From Arenicellales bacterium (GTDB taxonomy: Bacteria > Pseudomonadota > Gammaproteobacteria > Arenicellales > JAJDZL01), in contig CBDAUN010000003.1 of assembly GCA_965200645.1 (NCBI GenBank), positions 519,718 to 583,717 of the forward strand: a stretch of DNA of 64,000 nucleotides, read 5' to 3'. Of this stretch, positions 19,676 through 27,501 are shown one piece after another. The position numbers were made by a program, and so were the translations under genes. How positions within the stretch are numbered: the first letter of the stretch is position 1; the number at the start of each line of letters is the position of its first letter. Below the pieces are notes generated by a model, which did not search any database, was not told where the DNA came from, and saw nothing but the letters and a program-made list of their open reading frames with translations.

Positions 19676-20695
19676 ATGACGACATTTGAAGCACTTTCCC
19701 ACGACCAGCAACTGGAACTACTTGAAGCCACAGCTAGACTCGCTGTCCCTTACTACGATTTGCCGTCGGACGCACAAGTTGTTCTGATCAACCTGTCTGA
19801 AAATGCGACTTATTGTGTTGATTCACCTTCAACTGGAATGAAATGGGCATTGCGGGTTCATCGCGAAGGATATCATTCACATGCAGCCATTTCGTCCGAA
19901 CATGCCTGGACAGACGCACTTAGAGAAGACGCAGGGGTCATCACTCCAACAATTGTCCCAGGCAAGAATGGAGAAAATATTCAGATGGTCCACGCTGATG
20001 GTATGCCTAGCGGTTCACGTCATGTGGTTATCTTCAACTGGGAATCCGGTGAAGAACCGCCTGAAGATGATCTTCACGGCCCCTTCGAACTGTTAGGCAG
20101 TGTTTCGGCACAAATGCATAAGCACTCAATGAACTGGCAACGACCACCGTGGTTCGAGCGCTATACCTGGGATTATGAAACCAGCCTCGGCGCAAAACCT
20201 CACTGGGGACGTTGGCAGGATGGAATGGGAATGAATGCTGAACGCGAAGTTCTTTTTGGCAGGACTGCAGAACTGATTCAGGCGAGACTCCTGAAGTTTG
20301 GTCAACACCCAGAACGTTGGGGATTAGTGCATTGCGACATTAGACTTGCCAATTTACTCATTGAAGGCAATATAACCAAAGTCATTGACTTTGATGATTG
20401 TGGGTTTAGTTGGTTCATGTACGATTGTGCTACTGCCTTGAGTTTTATGGAAGCTCGAGAGGATGTGCCCGAATTGATCAATCAATGGGTTCGAGGATAC
20501 CGCTCCATCATGAGTCTTTCCGAGGAAGATGAGTACGAAATTCCTACATTTGTAATGTTGCGGCGACTGCTGCTAGTTGCGTGGATTGGCTCTCACAGCG
20601 AAACAGACTTAGCCCAATCAATGGGCCTACCCTACACCGAGGAGACAGTAGGGCTTTGTGAAAATTATCTGGATAAGTTCAAAACGACAGTTTGA
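19676..20695 (+). CDS. APH/choline-kinase-fold phosphotransferase, probable aminopropanol kinase
   Basis: NLSENATY, ALRVHREGYH, HCDIRLANLL (Brenner motif), IDFDDCG. Confidence 0.8.
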   Translation: MTTFEALSHDQQLELLEATARLAVPYYDLPSDAQVVLINLSENATYCVDSPSTGMKWALRVHREGYHSHAAISSEHAWTDALREDAGVITPTIVPGKNGENIQMVHADGMPSGSRHVVIFNWESGEEPPEDDLHGPFELLGSVSAQMHKHSMNWQRPPWFERYTWDYETSLGAKPHWGRWQDGMGMNAEREVLFGRTAELIQARLLKFGQHPERWGLVHCDIRLANLLIEGNITKVIDFDDCGFSWFMYDCATALSFMEAREDVPELINQWVRGYRSIMSLSEEDEYEIPTFVMLRRLLLVAWIGSHSETDLAQSMGLPYTEETVGLCENYLDKFKTTV

Positions 20696-20719
20696 GTCGC
20701 TTTACTTGAGTCAAACACT

Positions 20720-22693
20720 CTAAGCAATTCCGTACATTTTCTTACGGCGTTCTGCCCACTCAACCAACAGTCGGTCTGCCGTCAGACCAATAAAGGCTAC
20801 GCATAAACCTATGACTAAACCCTTTCCGCCATCGTTGAACGTGAGGGCTCGAAAGATTTCCTGTGATAAGTCGACAGTTCCGATAAATCCAGCAATCATT
20901 ACCATAAACAATCCAAACATAAGCGTTTGATTGAGACCAAGCACAATCTCCGGAAAAGCCAAAGGCATTCTGATTTTCCACAATAACTGCCGTTCTGTGC
21001 ATCCTGAAGTTATTGCCGCCTCAACAATTTCCTTTGGGACATTTCTTAAGCCAAAAATCGTGTAACGCGTGATTGGAATCATGGCATAAATAATGATTGC
21101 GAAAATGGCTGAGACATCACTAATTTGAAACAACATGACGACCGGCAACAAATATATAAATGACGGAAAAGTCTGAAAGGTATCGCAAAGATTTTGCACA
21201 AATTTGGTAGACCAGTCGCGACGCGCCGCCCATATCCCTAATGGAATTCCAAGCAGTGCACAAACGATTAAGGAAACTAACACCATATAGACGGTAATCA
21301 TTGCCCGTACCCAGTATCCCGAAGCAGCAATGAAGAACACAAAACTGACGACGACAAGTGCCAGTTTCCAACCTCCCATACGCCACCCAAGGCAACCAAT
21401 AAGCACGATAGTTGCGATCCAAGGAATTGAGGTAATCCAGGATCTAATAGGAATCAAAAAGTAAACTAAAAATGAATCACGAAATACCGCCACTGGACCG
21501 TAGAAATGCAACGTGATGTAGTCCACCATTGCATCCCATACAACAGAAGTTGAAATCGTTAAATGCTCAGGAAAAGTTCCGATATAGGATGTAACAAATG
21601 ACAGTAGAAAAATTGTCACGGTAAAGCCCAGTGCTACCGTCATGTAGGGCTTTCTAACCCAAAATGCTCCCCGTCGAATATGATCCGGCTGCTTGGTTGC
21701 CACCGCCTGACTAAATCGATCGAGTGCGATAGCTATAAAAACTACTGCGATACCGACTTCTATGGCCTGACCTATAGCTAGGCGCTGCAAGCGAGTCAAC
21801 AGGTCGTGTCCTAGTCCGGACTGACCAATGAATGAAGCAATGACAACCATCGCCAGACACTGCATGATCACCTGATTCACACCTAGCATCAGTTCTGATC
21901 TGGCAGCGGGAAGTTCAACTCGAAACAACATTTGCCTGGGCGTGCATCCCGCCATTGCACCCGCTTCAATTATTTCGGGCGAAATTCCCCGTATTCCGAG
22001 AATTGTCAGTCGAGTCATTGGAGGAAATGCAAAAATTATCGTTGCGATGACACCAGCCTTGGAACCGACTCCGAAGAAAATCGCAACAATGATGAGATAG
22101 GAAAAGTGCGGCAGCGATTGAAGAACATTTAGAATTGGCCATATTGCTCTTTCAAATCGAACATACTTTACTGCAAGAATGCCGAGAGTAAGTCCGATGA
22201 TTCCGGCCAGTGGGACCGAAACAGAGATCGCAGAAAGGGTCTGCATCGATAGTTCCCAGATGCCACGTTTGCTGAACAAAGCCAAGTAAAAAAAACAGCC
22301 ACCACCCAGCAGCGCGAGGCGCCAGCCCTTTAGATACAGTCCATAAATGGCGGTTAAACCGACCAGCAACAACCACGAAACGGGAGGAATATTGATATCT
22401 GAAAATCCCTTGTGCAGCAGTGCTTCAGAAAAATCCAAGGGAATATCAATTGCATTAGCTAGCGCCCTGGTGATGTCCTTGAAGGTAAATGCGCCAAAGA
22501 ATTCATATTTGCGTAGAAAGTTGATGATAGCATTCACCCAATCTACAAAAGGAATAATCCCATCTATTGTGGCACATCCAGCCAAACAACTTTTTGGTGG
22601 AGTTATCAACCATTGCGGTAAAACTGGGGTCAATGCAACCAGTGCGACGAAAGGTAAAAATACCAGTAAGAACTTAAATCGTGCAGCGTTCAT
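20720..22693 (-). CDS. tmoV: Quaternary-amine ABC permease with duplicated ProW-like domains (TmoV-like)
   Basis: 657 aa, two BPD_transp_1 repeats with EAA loops (IIEAGAMAGCT, IVEAAITSGCT); adjacent to tmoX-like gene. Confidence 0.75.
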   Translation of the reverse strand: MNAARFKFLLVFLPFVALVALTPVLPQWLITPPKSCLAGCATIDGIIPFVDWVNAIINFLRKYEFFGAFTFKDITRALANAIDIPLDFSEALLHKGFSDINIPPVSWLLLVGLTAIYGLYLKGWRLALLGGGCFFYLALFSKRGIWELSMQTLSAISVSVPLAGIIGLTLGILAVKYVRFERAIWPILNVLQSLPHFSYLIIVAIFFGVGSKAGVIATIIFAFPPMTRLTILGIRGISPEIIEAGAMAGCTPRQMLFRVELPAARSELMLGVNQVIMQCLAMVVIASFIGQSGLGHDLLTRLQRLAIGQAIEVGIAVVFIAIALDRFSQAVATKQPDHIRRGAFWVRKPYMTVALGFTVTIFLLSFVTSYIGTFPEHLTISTSVVWDAMVDYITLHFYGPVAVFRDSFLVYFLIPIRSWITSIPWIATIVLIGCLGWRMGGWKLALVVVSFVFFIAASGYWVRAMITVYMVLVSLIVCALLGIPLGIWAARRDWSTKFVQNLCDTFQTFPSFIYLLPVVMLFQISDVSAIFAIIIYAMIPITRYTIFGLRNVPKEIVEAAITSGCTERQLLWKIRMPLAFPEIVLGLNQTLMFGLFMVMIAGFIGTVDLSQEIFRALTFNDGGKGLVIGLCVAFIGLTADRLLVEWAERRKKMYGIA

Positions 22694-22870
22694 AAATTCA
22701 GTGTAGCAGACTTTATAGGCCTGAAAATGATACTTAGAAATTTAGATTGTCAGTTGCTGTTCTGGTGATGCTTGCCACATCGATTTTATTACTTTAATTA
22801 AGTAAATTAAATGTGTACAATTAGACCTTTTTTGCATTCATAAAATTTAATTAGGAGAGAATAATAGAAT

Positions 22871-23812
22871 ATGAAGGTTCTAAAATCTATTTCCATCGCG
22901 GCAGTTGCCGCAATTTCCCTAACGGTATTTTCTTCCGTTAGCGCCGACTCGATCAAAATACCAACTCATAACTGGTCTAGCCAATTAGTAGGTGCCCAAA
23001 TAGTAGGTAAATTGTTCGAAATGGTCGGCGAAGAAGTGGAATATGTCCCAATTGATAGCCAAACTGTTTACCAATCAATGTGCGAAAACGACATCGACAT
23101 CGTGCATGAAGTGTGGCAAGGTGCATTTGGTGCTGCCTTTGAAAAAGTAGTAGACGAAGGTTGCATTATCGATCTAGTCACTCATGATGCCAAGACTAGA
23201 GAAGAGTGGTGGTATCCGCTACATGTTAAGGAGCATTGCCCCGGACTGCCAGACTGGAAAGCCCTTGATGCTTGTTCAGAAAAGTTCGCGCGTGCAGATT
23301 CAGACGGTAAAGGCGTATTCATCGGCGGTCCCGTGGACTGGTTGAAGCATGACGCTGAAAAAGTCGAAGCTCTAGGTATGAATTTTCAGGTTCGCAATGC
23401 CGGTTCTGCAGCAGCGATCTGGGCCGAACTTGAAGCTGGAATCAAACAGAATAAGCCAGTAGTTATCTTTAACTGGACACCAAACTTTATTGAAGCGCTT
23501 TATGAAGGCGAGTTTGTAGAGTTTCCAGAACACGAAGCCGCCTGTACTACAGATGCCTCGTGGGGTGTCAATTCAGATATGCTCTACGACTGTGGAAACC
23601 CAAAAGACGGATACCTCAAGATTGGTATTTCCATGCGCCTGAAAGATGAATTTCCTAAAGCATATAACGTCGCAAGCCAAATTAACTTCACCAACCTAGA
23701 CATCGCAAAGCAGTCTAACTACGTCGATACAGACGGAATGGAAGTTGAAGCTGCCGCCGACCGCTGGTTGGAAGAACATAAAGAAAAGTGGCAAGCCTGG
23801 GTACAAATGTAG
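22871..23812 (+). CDS. tmoX: TMAO-binding protein TmoX-like (OpuAC family)
   Basis: IPTHNWSSQ, EVWQGAFGA, TREEWWYP, CPGLPDWKAL, GPVDWLKH, NAGSAAAIWAE, FNWTPNF, LYDCGNP: motifs I recognise from Ruegeria/SAR11 TmoX. Confidence 0.85.
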   Translation: MKVLKSISIAAVAAISLTVFSSVSADSIKIPTHNWSSQLVGAQIVGKLFEMVGEEVEYVPIDSQTVYQSMCENDIDIVHEVWQGAFGAAFEKVVDEGCIIDLVTHDAKTREEWWYPLHVKEHCPGLPDWKALDACSEKFARADSDGKGVFIGGPVDWLKHDAEKVEALGMNFQVRNAGSAAAIWAELEAGIKQNKPVVIFNWTPNFIEALYEGEFVEFPEHEAACTTDASWGVNSDMLYDCGNPKDGYLKIGISMRLKDEFPKAYNVASQINFTNLDIAKQSNYVDTDGMEVEAAADRWLEEHKEKWQAWVQM

Positions 23813-23855
23813 TCAGCAATGTACACTGATCAGCGGCTTTAGTGTCGCACTGACT

Positions 23856-23893
23856 AAAAGGCCGATCAAGTAATCACAGATCGGCCTTTTTTT
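23856..23893 (+). terminator. Intrinsic terminator after tmoX
   Basis: AAAAGGCCGATC-N11-GATCGGCCTTTT followed by further Ts. Confidence 0.85.
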
Positions 23894-24021
23894 ATCTCTC
23901 CACATCAGCCATTACAATTATATTCATTTGATTATGGTGACCCAAACCGCAACAAGCTACTTTATATAACGACGTTGAATTTTTAATTTAGCAAAATTGA
24001 AATAACATATACGCAAAATGA

Positions 24022-25071
24022 ATGACCGAGACTGACATGGATAGAAGTGTAAAAATTGCTTGTGAAAACGTGACCAAACTCTACGGTAAAAATCCCGAAG
24101 AGTTTCTTCGCGCACACAACTTCGACCCAGACGCTGAAACGATAAAGTCAAACGGATACATTTCAGCGGTTAGAAATGCCAACTTTGAAGTGTACGAAGG
24201 GGAGATTCTAATCATCATGGGACTTAGCGGGTCAGGTAAGTCAACACTTGTTCGATGCCTGACAAGGCTGGTTCAACCTACTCATGGCAAGGTCATGTTC
24301 GATGGTATAGATCTACTGCAGGCGAGTAAGTCCGAACTAATCGATATCCGCCGCCACAAAATGGGAATGGTGTTTCAACATTTCGCCCTTTTCCCACATC
24401 GTACTGTATTGCAAAACATTGCATTTCCGTTGGAAGTTCAAGGCGTTGAAAAGGGAACTCGGGAGGCCAAGGCTCGTGAAATCATTCAGATTGTTGGCCT
24501 GGAAGGCCGCGAAGACTATTATCCTAGAGAACTTTCAGGCGGTCAGCAACAAAGAGTTGGTATTGGCAGGTCCTTGGCAGTGGAGCCTGATGTTTGGTTC
24601 CTGGACGAACCGTTTTCTGCACTTGACCCACTTATTCGTAAGGAAATGCAGGATGAATTTATTAGACTACAGTCAGTTCTAAACAAAACAATCGTATTCA
24701 TTACTCACGACTTTGACGAAGCCATCAAACTGGCCGACCGAATTGTGATTATGTACGAAGGATTGATCGTTCAGATTGGGACTGCTGAAGAACTGATTAC
24801 AAATCCAGCAAATGATTATGTTGGTGAGTTCACGAAGAACGTATCTCGGTCGAAGTTGCTGTCTGTGAATAGTATGATGTCCCCTCTCAACGGTGACACC
24901 CATCCCAACATTACTGTAAACAAGAATGATAGGATCGCAAAAATTGCAGCTAAGGTATTAGAGACTAATCAAGATGTCCGTGTGGTTGGAGATAATAACG
25001 AAGTTGTGGGTTCTCTAAAAAGGCAGAAATTGATGGAGATCCTATTTCAAGATGGCTACGATCCAAAGTGA
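24022..25071 (+). CDS. tmoW: ProV-like ABC ATPase (TmoW-like)
   Basis: GLSGSGKST Walker A, LSGGQQQRV signature, FLDEPFSALDPLIR, degenerate CBS tail. Confidence 0.8.
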   Translation: MTETDMDRSVKIACENVTKLYGKNPEEFLRAHNFDPDAETIKSNGYISAVRNANFEVYEGEILIIMGLSGSGKSTLVRCLTRLVQPTHGKVMFDGIDLLQASKSELIDIRRHKMGMVFQHFALFPHRTVLQNIAFPLEVQGVEKGTREAKAREIIQIVGLEGREDYYPRELSGGQQQRVGIGRSLAVEPDVWFLDEPFSALDPLIRKEMQDEFIRLQSVLNKTIVFITHDFDEAIKLADRIVIMYEGLIVQIGTAEELITNPANDYVGEFTKNVSRSKLLSVNSMMSPLNGDTHPNITVNKNDRIAKIAAKVLETNQDVRVVGDNNEVVGSLKRQKLMEILFQDGYDPK

Positions 25072-25127
25072 CGCCAACCTACATCATGGCGATTGGTTAG
25101 ATTGATACCAAATACCGCTTTGACCGA

Positions 25128-25760
25128 CTAATGCTCCCGTCCCGGGAGCTGAGAAAACTTGTCGAGAACATGCTCGAGTGCACGATTGATGTCCTGCTCA
25201 TCTCCAGAAATAAATACTCTACCTGACACACCAATCATCTGAACATTGACAAGTACATTGTTCGGTGCGGCCTTTTCGGCTTCGTTTGCCGCCGCAGCGG
25301 CAAATAGTGCCGGTGCCACTTCAAGCAGGAATAACGATTCACCTGGATAGATCATGGAGGCCTCACGCTGGCGATTCACAATCACTGCGTGATAGTCCGT
25401 TACATCTTTGATCATGTCGGAGTACAGCACTCTTGGTCTCAATTGGTCTTCAGACTTTAAATTGAATCCTTCTAAAACGGCAGACCCAGCCTGTTCCAAA
25501 TCGTCAGCATTGCGACTGTGTAGCTCCAAGATTCCAAACTGGCGTTCAACATACAGCAAGCCCGGTTCAACCTCGGGCACGGACTTTAGTGCAAGGTCTA
25601 TCACTCGATGCACCGCTAATGCGGGTGCAATTTCAATGATCAGAGAGTGCATTCCCCGTAATGGAACATACCCACGCGCACGCAACGCAGCAGCCATATA
25701 GGATGCAAATTGCGTCTGCAGATCGTCCACCCGCAGATACACTCTCAACTCAGCCATCAC
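25128..25760 (-). CDS. BMC-T shell protein, CcmP-like (BMC-Tdp)
   Basis: ELRVYLRVDDLQTQFASY, VERQFGILELHS, LEVAPA...AANEAEKAA, GRVFISG tandem permuted BMC domains. Confidence 0.9.
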   Translation of the reverse strand: MMAELRVYLRVDDLQTQFASYMAAALRARGYVPLRGMHSLIIEIAPALAVHRVIDLALKSVPEVEPGLLYVERQFGILELHSRNADDLEQAGSAVLEGFNLKSEDQLRPRVLYSDMIKDVTDYHAVIVNRQREASMIYPGESLFLLEVAPALFAAAAANEAEKAAPNNVLVNVQMIGVSGRVFISGDEQDINRALEHVLDKFSQLPGREH

Positions 25761-25811
25761 AAAGTCGTAGCTTAGATCAAGTTATCAATTGAAGTCGTTG
25801 AAAAGTCTATT

Positions 25812-26102
25812 CTATTTGCCAGACTTAACGTCGGCAGCACCAAATTTATCGATTGCATCGGCATGCGGTCGTGGAATCACGTGTACCGATACCACCTCAC
25901 CAACTGAACCTGCTGCTTCGGAGCCAGCTTCTGTCGCCGCCTTAACAGCGCCAACATCGCCACGAACCAAAACTGAAACAAGTCCTGCACCAACCTGTTC
26001 ACGTCCCAGAATTTCTACATTTGCAGCTTTGACCATAGCGTCGGCCGCGGTAAACGCTGCAACATAACCGCGAGTTTCTATAAATCCAATAGCGTTTGAC
26101 AT
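25812..26102 (-). CDS. BMC-H hexameric shell protein
   Basis: [43 protein letters not shown]. Confidence 0.97.
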   Translation of the reverse strand: MSNAIGFIETRGYVAAFTAADAMVKAANVEILGREQVGAGLVSVLVRGDVGAVKAATEAGSEAAGSVGEVVSVHVIPRPHADAIDKFGAADVKSGK

Positions 26103-26125
26103 TTCAATCTCCTATGTTTGATAAA

Positions 26126-26389
26126 TTAATCACCGCTTGCTTGTTCATCGACGATACCAATGACCAAAGCATCCACAACGGCATTCCCAGTTTCGAACCA
26201 CCCTTTTGCTACAGAACCTTGAGTGACAATGACCCTTTCATCCCGTCCTGCTCCTAGTGGATCAAATGCAAGAATTCTTTCTACACTATTGTCCTGTTCG
26301 ACAATATCTATTTCCAACAGGGCACCATTTGGCAAGTCATTCAGACGCCTGGTTGCCCAAATTTTTCCGGCTACAGTTCCTACTTTCAT
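26126..26389 (-). CDS. BMC-P pentameric vertex protein (EutN/CcmL family)
   Basis: MKVGTVAGKIWATRR, AFDPLGAGRDERVIVTQGSVA, VDALVIGIVD. Confidence 0.95.
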   Translation of the reverse strand: MKVGTVAGKIWATRRLNDLPNGALLEIDIVEQDNSVERILAFDPLGAGRDERVIVTQGSVAKGWFETGNAVVDALVIGIVDEQASGD

Positions 26390-26391
26390 TT

Positions 26392-26889
26392 TTAATGCCT
26401 CAAAATTTTGATGTTCACACTTCTTGCTCGATCCTTTGCCAATGGAGTTAGCACAACTTTTGGACCAAGCACGATCTGCTGATGCTGCTTGGCAAGCTTC
26501 AAAACAGCTGATTCAGTCAAGACTCCGCTATCCATAAAATAATCAGAACAAGAGATTTCCGAGTTAGCACTCGTATGGTTTGGTCGGCTGCTTCGTTTTG
26601 GTGCAGTTGCTTTGTTTCTAAGCTCAAAGCGTAATTGCCCTCTTCTGCACGCTAGCTTAATTTTGTCGTCCTCCATACACATAGACAGTTCCTTAACAAA
26701 CTCATTCAATTCTCTTGAAGAACCAATGGCCACCTCTACGGGTGAATGCGACCGTGTCATTGCTCTACGAAGTTTTCTGGCAAACTCGCTATCCAAGCTT
26801 GAGATTTCCTGCTGCTGTGGGACTGGCAGGGATTCACGAAGTGCATCTCGCACCGCTGCTCTAATCTGCTCTTTGGAATACTCAGGCAT
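26392..26889 (-). CDS. BMC-associated hypothetical protein with N-terminal encapsulation-peptide-like helix
   Basis: Inside the shell operon; EQIRAAVRDALRE amphipathic N-terminus; C-terminal VLTPLAKDRAR motif seen in BMC accessory proteins. Confidence 0.7.
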   Translation of the reverse strand: MPEYSKEQIRAAVRDALRESLPVPQQQEISSLDSEFARKLRRAMTRSHSPVEVAIGSSRELNEFVKELSMCMEDDKIKLACRRGQLRFELRNKATAPKRSSRPNHTSANSEISCSDYFMDSGVLTESAVLKLAKQHQQIVLGPKVVLTPLAKDRARSVNIKILRH

Positions 26890-26895
26890 TCTTCT

Positions 26896-27501
26896 TTATA
26901 CTCTCGCCTCTAATGTTTCTTCGGCTGCTCTGGCAGCGGCTCGAACATCACTTTCCGCACCACTGAGATAAACCCGCCCAGTCGCTCCAATCATTCTGTA
27001 ATCAACTACTTTAACGTCTGCCGCCTTTTCCGCTTCGTTAGCAGCAAGTATTGCAAAAGAAGCTGGTTGCATTTCCAGGACAAATAGTGACTCTCCGGGA
27101 TGAATCATAGAACCAATCTTGTTTCGATTGATTAAAAAGGCATGGTAGTCATCAATACGTTTCACAATCCTCGAGGCGAGAATTTCCGGTGCCATAGCAT
27201 CAGCCGCGGTTGCACCCAACACGTCGAGTACGGCTTCTCCTCCGGCACGAACATCACCGGTGTCGTAGGAATGAAATTCCAAATAGCCAAATTGTCTTTC
27301 GACCACCAATATTCCTGGCTGTACGTTGACACTTTTTAGGGCTATGTCCGTAATTCCTTCAATGTGCAATCCAGGAACTACTTCAATGACCATTGCCGCC
27401 ATGTTTGTTCGAGGCAAGCAACCTCGAATCCAACTACCCAGATAGCACATTGTCTTTGGCTGAAGCTGATCAATGAAGATGTAGGAGCGAAGATTGGCCA
27501 T
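26896..27501 (-). CDS. Second CcmP-like BMC-T shell protein
   Basis: LRSYIFIDQLQP, VERQFGYLEFHS, LEMQPA...AANEAEKAA, GRVYLSG. Confidence 0.9.
   Translation of the reverse strand: MANLRSYIFIDQLQPKTMCYLGSWIRGCLPRTNMAAMVIEVVPGLHIEGITDIALKSVNVQPGILVVERQFGYLEFHSYDTGDVRAGGEAVLDVLGATAADAMAPEILASRIVKRIDDYHAFLINRNKIGSMIHPGESLFVLEMQPASFAILAANEAEKAADVKVVDYRMIGATGRVYLSGAESDVRAAARAAEETLEARV

Noticed and set aside
25128-27501. Carboxysome, given CcmP-like trimers in a sulfur oxidiser
   Set aside because: No RuBisCO, carbonic anhydrase, CsoS2 or CcmM; the operon has an acylating AldDH, the mark of a catabolic metabolosome.
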